Assembly (NCBI RefSeq): GCF_963921235.1
Contig: NC_086097.1
Coordinates: 234,300,001-234,364,000, forward strand
From: Mobula hypostoma
Taxonomy: Eukaryota
DNA length: 64,000 nucleotides
Direction of reading: 5' to 3'
Shown: positions 26,578 through 38,889 of the stretch, piece by piece
Position numbering within the stretch: position 1 is the first letter of the stretch
Layout of the letters: the number at the start of each line of letters is the position of its first letter
Position numbers and translations under genes: made by a program
The notes under the pieces: model-generated
The model's database searches: none
Seen by the model: only the letters and a program-made list of their open reading frames with translations
Told to the model about the DNA's origin: nothing

Positions 26578-27844
26578 TCACTAGATTCTGGAATAGTACC
26601 TGAGGAATAGAAAATTGCAAATGTCACTCCATTCTTAAGGAAGAGAGGCAGAAGAAAGGAAATTATAAGCCAGTTAACCTGATCTCAATGATTGGGAAGA
26701 TGTTGGAGACAATTGTTAAGGATATAGTTTCAGGGTATTTGGAGGCATGTGATAAAATAGGCCATAGTCAGCATGGTTCCTCAATGGAATATTTTCCCTG
26801 ACAAATTTATAGGAATTCTTTGAAGAAATAGTAAGCAGGGTAGATAAAGGGGAATCAGCTGAGCCTTCAGATTTTCCAAAAGCCTTTGACAAGATTCCAC
26901 ACATAAGACTGCTTAACCAGCTACAAGCCCATGGTATTACAGGAAAGACTCTAGCATGGATAAAGTAGTGGCTGTTTGGAAGGAGGCAAAAGATGTGAAT
27001 AAAGGGAGCCTTTTCTGGTTGGCTGTCGGTGACTCGTGGTATTCCACAGGATTCTGTGTTGGAACTGATTCTTTTTACATTATATGTCAATAACTTGGAT
27101 AATGGAACTGATGGTTTTGTTGCAAAGTTTTCAGACAATATGAAGATAGGTGGAGGGGCAGGAAGTTTTGAGGAAGTAGAGAGGCTACAGAAGGATTTAG
27201 GCAGATTAGGAGAATGAGCAAAGTAGTGGCAGATGAAATACAGTGTCAGGAAGTGTATAGTCATGCACTTTGGACAAAGAAATGAAAGGGTTGACTACTT
27301 TCTAATTAGAGAAAAAATACACAGGTGAGTCCCCACTTGGAGGACTGTGTTCAGTGTTGGGTCCCTTACCTTAGAAATGATGTGCTGAAACTGGAGTGGG
27401 TTCAAAGGAGGTTCACAAGATTTATTCTAGGATTAAACGGCTTGTCATATAAGAGCATTTGATGGCCTTGGTTCCGTATTCATTGGAATTTAGTAGAATG
27501 AGGCGTGACCTAATTGAAACCTATCAAATGGTGAAAGGCCTTGAAAGAGTGGACGTGGAGAAAATGTTTCCTCTGGTGGGAGTATCTAAGACCAGAGGAC
27601 ACAGGGGAGTAACGTATATTAATGTAGCTTTTGGTACATGCTCGCTTCCTGGAATCTTCTCGGACACAGCAAAGCACTGGATCACTCAAACAATCTCCAA
27701 ACTTTAAATTACAGGCTCTAAGAGTCCCAGAAACACATTTAAGGTGAAAAACAGACGTAAAAGAAGTAAAAAAGATATTTTTGTGAGCTACATGGAAGAT
27801 GTTGACTGAGGGAGTGTTGCACACTGGCACCAACTTGACCGGAA

Positions 27845-29508
27845 AAGTTGACAAATTCCCTCATGGGAGGCTAATCCAGAAGGATAAGATGCATGGAATC
27901 CATGGCAAATTGGCTGTTTGGATTCAGAGCTGGTTTGCACATAGAAGACAGAGGGTAGTGGTTGAAGAGATTTATTCAAACTGGAGGGCTGTAATTAGTG
28001 GAGTTCTGCAGGGATCTGTGCTGGGACCTCTGTTTTTCCTAATGTATATATATGACCTGGATGAAAATGTAGATTGGTAGGTTGAGACTGAGGTCCTTTA
28101 ACATCTGCCTGACGATGCTGAGGATGTTCTTCGAGTCTGTGGTGGCCAGTGCGATCATGTTTGCTGTTGTGTGCTGGGGCAGCAGGTTGAGGGTAGCAGA
28201 CACCAACAGAATCAACAAACTCATTCGTAAGGCCAGTGATGTTGTGGGGATGGAACTGGACTCTCTGACGGTGGTGTCTGAAAAGAGGATGCTGTCTAAG
28301 TTGCATGCCATCTTGGTCAATGTCTCCCATCCACTACATAATGTACTGGGTGGGTACAGAAGTACATTCAGCCAGAGACTCATTCCACCGAGATGCAGCA
28401 CAGAGCGTCATAGGAAGTCATTCCTGCCTGTGGCCATCAAACTTTACAACTCCTCCCTTGGAGGGTCAGACACCCTGAGCCAATAGGCTAGTCCTGGATT
28501 TATTTCATAATTTACTGGCATAATTTACATATTACTATTTACTATTTATGGTTCTATTACTATTTATTATTTATGTTGCAACTGTAATGAAAACCAATTT
28601 CCCCAGGGATCAATAAAGTATGACTATGACTATGACTATGACTGTGACTAAGATTGGTAGAGTTGTGGAGAGTGTAGAAGACTGGCAAAGAACGCAGCAC
28701 AACATAGACCAGTTGCAGATATGGGCTGAGAAATGGCAGATAGAGTTTAACCCAGATAAATAGGAGGTGTTGCACCTCGGTAGGGCAAATGCAAGGAGAC
28801 AGTATTCTCTGTTGCTGACCAGAGAGCTCTTGGGATCCAAGTTCATAGCTCCTTGAAAGTTGGCTACACAGATCGATATGGTGGTCAAAAAGGCTTATTG
28901 AATATTTGCTTTTATTAGTCAAAGCACTGAGTTCAAAAATCGGGAGGATATGATGCAAATTTATAAAACTTTGGTTAGCTCACATCCGGAGTATTGCATA
29001 TTGTTCTGATCACCCCACTATAGAAAGGACGTTGAGTCTTCGGAGAGGGTGCGAACGAGGTTTACCAGGATACTGCTTGGCTTAGAGGGCATGTGGTATC
29101 ACAAGAGGCTGGATAAATTTAGGCTCTTTCCTCTGGAGCGTCAGAGTCTGAGGGAAGATCTGATAGAGGTTTATAAGATTATGAGCGGCACAGACAGAGC
29201 AGACAAGGGATATCTGTTTCCCTAAAATGTCTAATACCAGAGGACATGCATTGAAAGTGAGAGGGGGGTCGGTTCAAGGTTAGGGGTAATTTTTTTACTC
29301 AGAGAGTGGTGGATGACTGGAATGTGCTGCCTGGCAAATACATTCAATGCTTTTAAGAAACATTTGGATAGGCACATGGAAGATGGAGGGATATGGACAT
29401 TCTGAGGTAGAAGGGATCAGTATTTGGTGTTTTTGATTTGTTTTTAGCTAGTTTGGCACAACATTTTGGGCTGAATGGCCTGTTCTTGTGCTATACTCTT
29501 CTGTTCTC
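27845..29508 (+). mobile_element. Decayed CR1 RT/3' fragment interrupted by Rex1
   Basis: [11 protein letters not shown] motif; CR1 C-terminus and 3'UTR. Confidence 0.88.
28081..28648 (+). mobile_element. Rex1/Babar LINE 3' fragment (little decayed)
   Basis: ORF 28082-28486 RLRSFNICLTMLRMFFESVVASAIMFAVVCWG...RKSFLPVAIKLYN; (CTATGA)n tail. Confidence 0.92.
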
Positions 29509-30829
29509 TGCGATCAATTCTCAGAGCTGCAAAGTTTCGAGGTGCTTTGATTAAGACAAAGCTTCTCGTGGTGCTCACTTTTCCAAGACAATCAAAGGAT
29601 TATTTTCTAGAGTTCAGCTGAATGAGAAATGCACTCATTAGCTACGATAAAATGTGACTGTGGCTTCATTCGAAATAAATCTCCCATCACGCGGGAACAA
29701 GGAAGGAATCTGTTATTTCTGCAATCACTGTACTCTGGCTGGTTGGTATGGAGACGTAACAAAAATCAAGTTTTCTGCTCGCAGTTTGAAGCTGGCAGTC
29801 ACTGCCATTGATAATAAACTGAACTGCCAATGAAAGTTGGAGTTTGGTGTCAGTGCCAATTTAATCTACATTCACTAATGCCTTTTTACCATGATAAGCA
29901 ATTAAAATGAAGTCACAGGTTCAGGTGCTACATGACTCATATTGTAATGTCTCTGCAATCGCACTGAGGCACAACATACATGCATCAAATAGCTTTGGGT
30001 ATATTTACAAGGTGGACCAATTCATCTACAGGTACGTTGGGTTTTAAACTTTTCCTCCTAAATGAGAATTCAATTCCTTTTAACATTCCCTCTAAGAAAA
30101 AGCATTTCAGGATGTATATTGCATACATTTCTCTGACATTAACTGTACCCTTTGAAACCTTTGAAGCAGGCACACACATGAATCTGGTCTTGGGGGTTCA
30201 CATACACATGAATACATAGCCCTGCTTTCTACAATTTTGTTGAAAATAATATTGTACTTTCATAGTTCAAAGTAAATTTATTATCAACGTACATACAGTG
30301 TATGTCAACATATACAATTCTGAGGTTCAGTTTCTTGCGGGCATTCACGGTAACTACAAGAAATGCAATAGAATCAATGAAAGACTGCAACCAACGGGGC
30401 AGACAAACAATCAACGTGAAAAAGCAATCTGTGCAAATACAAACAGAAAGAGAAAAAAATTAATAATAATAAATAAATATGCAATAAATGTCGAGAACAT
30501 CAGATGAAGAGTCTTTGAAATTCGTTAACCAATCCATTACTCAATTTATTCACTCTGGCTTACACAATAACTTATTACATGGAAACCATGGAAAGATTTT
30601 AGTTTGCTTCATTGACATTGTTTCTGCCCACTTCTGCCTTATGGACGTTTTATTTCCGGTAAGATGGTGGCACACTCAAGTGCAGTGACTTCTATATTGT
30701 CTTTTGTAAAACCCAGCTGAACATCGCGAAGTTGGAGTGCTGCAGTCTACCTCATAAGGGTGTTGCCGGACCTTCATGATGTGCCTTCATCAGAGAGGAT
30801 GTTGCCTTCTTCAACACTCTCTGAGTGAA

Positions 30830-31895
30830 GAACATCTCCTTCAGCATTTCACCTTTCACTCCTAACCCATGACCTCTAGTTCTCGTTTCACCTAACCTCA
30901 GCGGAAAAAGCCTGTTTGAATTTTACCCTATCTATACGCCTCATAGTTTGGTATACCTGTATCAAATCTCCCCTCATTCTCTAGTCTACAGGGAAATAAA
31001 GTCTGAACCTTCCAACTTTTCCTTATAACTCCAGTGCTCAGGTCCCGGTAACACCCTTGTAAATTCTTGCTGCAGTCTTTCAACCTAAGAGATAATATTT
31101 ACTAAAGGTAGGTGCCTGGAGCTGCACACAATACTCCAAATTAGGTCTCACCCACGTCTTACACAATTTCAACTCCTGTACCATGTACTCTGATTGATGA
31201 AGGGCAATGTGCCAAAAGGTCTCTTTATGATCCTGCCTAACTGTGATGCCCACTTCTAGGAATTCTGGATCTGTATTCTCAGATACCTTTCTTTTACCAC
31301 GCTCCTGAGTGCCCTATTGTTCACTGTGTACTATTCACTTCCACCTTGGTTTATCTTCCAAAATGAGACACCTCACAGTTCATTCATTCAGGTGCCTTGC
31401 CATTCGGCGTGGACGATCATGTCTCTTCATCCATCATGGTCCCCGACCCTCCAAATTGTAGTTGCTGCCTCCCCTGTTTCTAACCATGATGTTATTCCAT
31501 CTATCATTTTCATTCTCTGTCTGCCTCTGCTTCTCTTTCCTTCCAGCTTTCCAGTTGTAACTAAATGTTCTAATACCTCTCTTCGCATGATGTGTCCAAA
31601 GAATTGTGATTGCTGTTTTCTGATTTTTTTAAGTAATGTATGTTTTGTTTTTGTTCTCTGTAGAACTTCTTCATTGGTTAGCCTGTCCGTATATGATATG
31701 CATAGTATTCTTCTGAGGAACCACATCTCTGCTGCGTTGAGACTTTTTTCCATTGCATTTGTGATGGTCCGTGACCTGCAGCCATCCATCAATATGGGAA
31801 GAATGTAGCAGCTGAGAGTTCCAAGGCGGATGTCAATTGCTATTTTCTTGTTCAGCTACCTCGCAGTTGCCTGCATTAAATTCCATCTGCCATTT
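30830..31895 (-). mobile_element. Decayed CR1 fragment interrupted by an RTE
   Basis: CR1 C-terminal motifs on both sides of 31381-31857. Confidence 0.8.
31381..31857 (-). mobile_element. RTE-clade LINE 3' fragment
   Basis: ORF 31427-31792 AAEMWFLRRILCISYTDRLTNEEVL...FFGHIMRR...GKRSRGRQR; (TGAA)n tail; TSD ACCTC(A/G)CAGTT at 31370-31380 and 31858-31868. Confidence 0.92.
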
Positions 31896-32137
31896 CAAAA
31901 GTGACGGGCTGAACCTGAACTGGAGGGGGACCAATATTCTTGTGGGCAGGTTTGTTAGAGCTGTTGGGGAGGGTTTAAACTAACTTGGTAGGGGGGTGCA
32001 AACTGGAGGGAAGGGACTCAGGCAGGTGATGGGACTTAGTTGCAGCCAACAGGCTGAGTATCAAATTACTAGGGATGCAGAGTCAGAAAGGACAGCAAAT
32101 ACGGTACTCAAGGTGTTGTATCGAAATGCGCGAAGTA

Positions 32138-33240
32138 CAGGTTCATAATCCCTCATCTGAAATTCTGAAATCTGAAAAGCTCCGAAAACTAAAGTTTTTC
32201 TTGTGGAGTGTGGAGTGTGTCGTAACAAGGCTTGTTTGGCGCGCCAACAGCTGACATCACTCAGGTGTGACATGGCAGCCCTAGCAGAGGCCGCCAGATG
32301 TCAGTTGTGGCTCAGCGCTCGTACTGGTTACACGTGCCTTTGCTGATATTTTGTGTTCACTGACTTTGTGTTTAATTTCACTGTGAAAATGTCAAAAAGA
32401 GCTGCAGATACCGTGTGTTGATTGAGTGGATTAGACAACAAAGAAGTGAACGTGCATTTATCAGTGAGCAAGAGATTATGGCAGTTTACTCAGTTAAAGA
32501 GAGATTCCTTAGACATAAACCTATTTTAATGAGACAGATGACACTTGAAGAAGTCTTTAAAAACGTCGTCTGTCGTAGGGCTGCCTCATAACTTGAGAAT
32601 CCTGTTCCTGGCCCATCAGGTACCTGTAGAGTATTTAGCTTTGTTTGCCAGATGAAATGCAACTTAACTAGAGGTACCTGTACATATTTAGCTTAGTTTG
32701 AACCTGTATATGTCCTAGAGTATTTACGTTCTATATTTATTCCAATAAGTCATTTACCATGTGTTTCATTCGGTTCGTTTGAAGCTGTATATTTTAATGT
32801 TTTATTGAATGTTTTTGTTGGAAATAAAATGTACTAATGTATTTATGGTCTATAATTATCCCACTATTTCATTTATCAGTATATTACTCTATAAATAAAC
32901 TATAATAGTATTTGTAAAGAGCGTGGATCGGGAAAACCCAGAAGTTCTCTCTCCAGCACTCGTTGTTTGAGTATGTACAGACTTTTTTATCTTGTCATTA
33001 TTCCCTAAACAATACAGTATAACAACTATTTACATAGCATTTACATTGTATTAGGTATTATAAATAATCTAGAGATGATTTAAAGTATACGGGAGGATGT
33101 GCATAGCTCCAGAGCTCCCCCTGGTCCTAAAGTCCACCTGTACCGAGCCAGGTTAATTATCAATTTTCTGAAATCTGAAAAATTCTGAATTCCGAAATGC
33201 AACTGGCCCCAAGGAGTTTGGATAAGGGATTGTGGACCTG
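32138..33240 (+). mobile_element. Internally deleted Tigger/pogo DNA transposon (Tigger4/Zombi-like)
   Basis: TA TSD at 32136-37 and 33241-42; TIRs CAGGTTCATAATCCCTCATCTGAAA / TTTGGATAAGGGATTGTGGACCTG; transposase remnants MSKRAADT (ATG 32389), VLIEWIRQQRSE, SEQEIMAVYSVKERFL. Confidence 0.9.
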
Positions 33241-35521
33241 TATAAGAAGTAAGGTGGATGATCTTGTTGCAATATTAGAGATTGTCAGGTATGATGTTGT
33301 GGCCATCACTGAATCGTGGCTGAAGGATGGTTGTAGTTAGGAACTGAATGTCCAAGGTTACACATTATATCGGAGGGATAAGAAGGTAGGCAGAGGGGGT
33401 GATGTGCTCTACTGGTAAGGAAGAGCATCAAATCAGTAGAAAGATGTAACATAGGATCAGGAGATGTTGAATCCTTGTGGGTTGAGTTAAGAAACTGCAA
33501 GGGTAAAAGGACATTGATGGCAGTTATATACAGGCCTCCCAACAGTGGTTGGGAGATGGACCACAGGATACAACAGAGAATAGAAAAGGCCAGTCAAAGG
33601 GGCAATATTATGGTAGTCATGGGAGATTTTAACATGCAGGTCAATTGGAAAAATCTGGGTGGTAATGGATCTCAAGAGAGTGAGTTCCTTGAATGTCCAA
33701 GAGATAGCTTTTTAGAGCAGTGTGTCGTTGAGCCTACTAGAGGATCAGCTATACTGGATTCCGAGGTGATTAGGTAAAAGAACCCTAAGGAACTAGTGAT
33801 AACAATTTGATTGTGTTCAACTTGAAATTTGTTTGGGAGGAAGTAAAGTCTGATATAGCAGTATTTCAGTGGAGTAAGGGAAATTACAGTGGTAGAGAGA
33901 GGTGTTGGCCAAAGTAAACTGGAAGGAGCTGCTGGCAGGGATGTCCGCAGAGCAGGAATGGCTTGTGTTTCTGGGAAAAATAAGGAAGGTGCAGGACATA
34001 TGTATTCCAAACATGAAGAAATACTCAAATGGTAAGATAGTACAACCATGGCTGACAAGGGAAGTCAAAGCTATTGTAAAAGCAAAAGAAATAGCAGACA
34101 AGGAAGCAAAAATTAGTGGGAAGATAGAGGATTGGGAAGTTTTTAAAAACCTACAGAGAGCAACTAAAAAAATCATTAGAAGGGAAAAGATGAAATATGA
34201 AAGCAAGCTAGCAAATAATATCAAAGTGGATAGTAAAAGTTTTATCAAGTATGTTAAAAATAAAAGAGAAATGAGAGTGGATATAGGACTGCTAGAAAAT
34301 GAAGCAAGAGATCTAATAATGGGGGACAAGGAGATGGCTGATAAACTAAATGAGTATTTTGTGTCACTCTTTGCTGTGGAAGACAATAGCAGTATGCTTG
34401 ATGTTGTAGTGTGTGAAGGAAGAGAAGTGGGTGCAGTTACTGTTACAAGAGAGAAGGTGCTCAAAAAGCTGAAAGACCTAAACGTACATAACTCACCTGG
34501 ACCAGAAGAACTGCATGTTAAGGTTCTGAAAGAGGTAGCGTTGGAGATTGTGGCAGCATTAGAAATGATCTTTGAAAAATCATTGGACCCTGGCATGGTG
34601 CCAGAGGACTGGAAAATTGCAAGTGTTACTCCATACTTTAAGAAGGGAGGAAGTCAGCAGAAAGGAAATTATAGACCAGTAAGCCTGACCTTAGTGGTTG
34701 GGAAGATGTTAGAGCTACTTGTTAAGGATGAGGTGATGGAGTACTTGGTGACACAGGACATAGTACAAAGTCAGCATGGTTTCCTTCAGGGAAGATCTTG
34801 CCTGAGAAATGTGTTAGAATTCTTTGAGCAGATTACAAGTAGGATAGATAAAGGGGATGCAGTGGATGCTGTATATTTGGACTTTCAGAAGGCCTTTGAC
34901 GAGGTTAAGAGCCCATGGTATTACAGAAAAGTTACTAACATGGAGAAAGTTACCAACATGGTTAGAGCATTGGCTGATTGGAGGGAGGCAGTGAGTGGGA
35001 ATAAAAGGATCCTCTTTTTGTTAGCTGTCAGTGACTAGTGGTGTTCCTCAGGGGTCAGTGTTGGGACCACTTCTTATGTTGTATATCAATGATTTAGATG
35101 ATGGAATAGATGGTTTTGTTACCAAGTTTGCAGATGATACGAAGATTGGTGGAGGGGCAGGAAGTGCTGAGGAAACTGGCAGGATGCAGAAGGACTTAGA
35201 CAGAATAGGAGAATGGGCAAGAAAGTGGCAAATGAAATACAATGTTAGAAAATGCATAGTCATCCACTTTGGAAGTAGAAATAAATGTGTGCAGACTGTT
35301 TTCTAAGTGGGAAGAAAATCCAGGAATCTGAGATGTAGAGGGACTTGGGAGTCCTTGTGTTGAACACCCTGAAGGTTAACTTGCAGACTGAGTTCCTGGT
35401 GAGGAAAGCAAATGCTAGGTTAGCATTCATTTCAAGAAGTCTAGAATACAAGAGCAAGGAAGTGATGCTGAGGCTTTATAAGGCACTGGTGAGGCCTCAC
35501 CTTGAGTATTGTAAACAGTTT

Positions 35522-38200
35522 TATAGAACATAGAACATAGAATAGTACAGCACGGTATAGGCCCTTCGGCCCACAATGTTGTGCCTACCCTTGAACCCTG
35601 CCTCCCATATAACCCCCCACCTTAAATTCCTCCATATACCTGTCTAGTAGACTCTTAAATTTCCCTAGTGTATCTGCCTCCACCACTGACTCAGGCAGTG
35701 CATTCCACGCACCAAAGAGGCGCTGGCTGTCCACTCTATCTATTCCTCTTAATATCTCATATATCTCTATCATGTCTCCTCTCATCCTCCTTCTCTCCAA
35801 AGAGTAAAGCCCTAGCTCCCTTAATCTCTAATCATAATGTATACTCACTAAACCAGGCAACATCCTGGTAAATCTCCTCTGTACCCTTTCCAATGCTTCC
35901 ACATCTTCATATAGTGAGGCGACCAGAACTGGACACAGTACTCCAAGTGTGGCCTAACCAGAATTTTATAGAGCTGCATCATTACCACGCGACTCTTAAA
36001 CTCTATCCCTCAACTTATGAAAGCTAACAACCCATAAGCTTTCTTAACTACCCTATCCACTTGTGAGGCAACTTTCAGGGATCTGTGGACATGTACCCCC
36101 AGTTCCCTCTGCTCCTCCACACTACCAAGTATCCTGCCATTTACCTTGTACTCTGCATTGGAATTTGTCTTACCAAAATGTACCACCTCACACTTCTCCG
36201 GATTGAACTCCACCTGCCAATTCTCAGCTCACTTCCGTATTCTATCAATGTCTCTCTGCAATCTTTGACAATCCTCTACACTATCCACAACACCACCAAC
36301 CTTAGTGCTGTCTGCAAACTTGCCAACCCACCCTTCTACCCCCACATCCAGGTCCTTAATTAAAATCATGAAAAGTAGAGGTCCCAGAACAGATCCTTGT
36401 GGGACACCACTAGTCACAATCCACCAATCTGAATGTACTCCCTCCACCACCACCCTCTGCCTTCTGCAGGCAAGCCAATTCTGAATCCACCTGGCCAAAC
36501 TTCCCTGGATCCCATGCCTTTTGACTTTATGAATAAGCCTATCATATGGAACCTTGTCAAATGCCTTACTAAAATCCATGTAGACCACATCCACTGCACT
36601 ACCCTCATCTGCATGACTGGTCACCTCCTCAAAGAACTCTATCAGGCTTATTAGACAATGATCTGCCCTTCACAAAGCCAAGTTGACTGTTCCTGATAAG
36701 ACCATGATTTTTTAAATGCCCATAGATCCTATCTCTAAGAATCTTTTCCAACAGCTTTCCAACCACAGATGTAAGGTTCTCTGGTCTATAATTACCCGGG
36801 CTATCCCTACTCCCTTTTTTGAACAAGGGGACAACATTCACCTCTCTCCAGTCCTCCGGTATCATTCCCGTGGACAACAAGGGCATAAAGATCCTAGCCA
36901 GAGTCTCAGCGATCTCTTCCCTCATCTCATGGAACAATCTGTGTAATATTCCATCAGGCCCCGGAGACTTACCCGTCCTAATGTTTTTTAACAACTCCAA
37001 CACCTCCTCTCCCTTAATATCAACATGCTTCAGAATATCAACCTCACTCATATTGTCCTCACCATCATCAAGTTCCCTCTCATTGGTGAATACGGAAGAG
37101 AAGTATTCATTGAGGACCTCGCTCACTTCCACAACCTCCAGGCACATCTTCCCATCTTTATCTCTAATCGGTCCTACCCTCACTCCTGTCATCCTGTTGT
37201 TTTTTACATAATTGAAGAATCCTTTGGGGTTTTCCTTTACCCTACTCACCAAGGCCTTCTCATGCCCCCTTCTTGCTCTTCTCAGCCCCTTCTTAAGCTC
37301 CTTTCTTGCTACCCTATATTCCTCAATAGATCCATCTGATCCTTGCTTCCTAAACCTCATGTATGCTGCCTTCTTCCACCTGACTAGATTTACCACCTCA
37401 CTTGTCTCCCATGGTTTCTTCACTCTACCATTCTTTATCTTCCTCAGCGGGACAAATTTATCCCGAATATCCTGCAAGAGATCCCTGAACATTGACCACA
37501 TGTCCATAGTACATTTCCCTGCAAAAGCATCATCCCAATTCACACCCGCAAATTCTAGCCTTATAGCCTCATAATTTGCCCTTCCCCAATTAAAAATATT
37601 CCTGTCCTCTCTGATTCTATCCATTTCCATGATAATGGTAAAGGCCTGTGAGTAGTGGTCACTGTCCCCCAGATGCTCACCCACTGAGAGATCTGAGACC
37701 TGACCCGGTTCATTACCTAATACTAGATCTAATATGGCATTCCTCCTAGTTGGCCTGTCAACATAGTGTGACAGGAATCCATCCTGGACACACTTAACAA
37801 ACTCTGCCCCATCTAAACCATTGGAAGTAATCAGGTGCCAATCAATATTAGGGAAGTTAAAGTCACCCATCATAACAACCCTGTTATTTTTTCACCTTTA
37901 TCTGCCTCCCAATCTGCTCCTCTGTATCTCTGCTGCTACCAGGGGTCCTATAGAATACCCCTAATAGAGTAACTGCTCCCTTCCTGTTCCTGACTTCCAC
38001 CCATACTGACTTAAAAGAGGATCCTGCTGCATTACCCACCCTTTCTGTAACCGTAATAGTATCCCTGACCAGTAATGCCACCCCTCCTCCCCTTTTTCCA
38101 CTCTCCATCCCTTTTAATGCACTGAAATCTAGGAATATTGAGAATCCATTCCTGCCCTGCTGTCAGCCAAGTCTCTGTAATGGCCACTACATCTACATTA
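35522..38200 (-). mobile_element. CR1 (second family) with APE and RT, nested
   Basis: 414-aa ORF 36629-37873 (GDFN, LGDSDH); RT ORF 36229-36624. Confidence 0.95.
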
Positions 38201-38889
38201 TAATTCCATGACAATAGAAAAGGTGTGCTGTCATAGGAGAGGGTCCAGAGGAGGTTCACAATGATGATTCCAGGAATGAAAGGGTTATCATACGAAGAAC
38301 ATTTTATGGCTCTGGGTCTGTACTCACTGGAATTCAGAAGGATGAGGGGGGATCTCATTGAAACCTTTTGAACATTGAAAGGCTTAAACAGAGTAGATGT
38401 GGAAAGGATGTTTCCCATGGTTGGAGAGTCTGGGGCAAGAGGGCACAGCCTTAGGATAAAGGGGTGCCCTTTGAAAACAGAGATGCGGAGAAATTTCTTT
38501 AGCCAAAGGGTGGTGAATTTGTGGAATTTGTTGCCACATTCAGCTGTGGAGGCCAGGTTGTTGGGTGTATTCAAGGCAGAGATTCATAGGTTCTTGGTTG
38601 GACATGGCAGCAAAGGTTACGGGGAGAAGGCCGGGAACTAGGGTTGAGGAGGAGATAGAAAAAAAAGGATCCACCATGATTGAGTGGTGGAGCAGACTTG
38701 ATGGGCCAGATGGGCAAATTCTGCTCCTATGTCTCATGGTCTTATTTCTCAACCAATTTTTTTTCCACCCTGTCCAGATTCCACTGCAAGCTTTGATAGT
38801 CTTCCTCACTGTCCATTATACTAACTATCTTAGTGTCATCCACAATTTGCTGATCCAGTTTACCATACGTATATCATCATAGTTTGACT

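Larger units (their letters stand above)
22560..27607 (+). mobile_element. Old CR1 ORF2 relic (APE + RT) hosting two insertions
   Basis: TESWL, YRPP, GDHNMIEF, GIPQDSVL and FSDN motifs with many stops. Confidence 0.9.
31900..38745 (+). mobile_element. Long old CR1 (end of ORF1 esterase, ORF2, 3'UTR) hosting a Tigger-like element and another CR1
   Basis: DGLNLN..GTNIL near 31900; ORFs 33475, 33902, 35031, 35345 and 38375; sequence resumes near 38215. Confidence 0.92.

Noticed and set aside
27618..27792. ATGTAGCT...AGCTACAT as a mini-LTR or MITE
   Set aside because: Only 8 bp, no TSD, and it lies in what looks like a retroposon 5' fragment.
28070..28660. AGATTGGTAG on both sides of the Rex1 insert as a TSD
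   Set aside because: The two sites correspond to different positions in the CR1 RT sequence; a small host deletion is the simpler reading.
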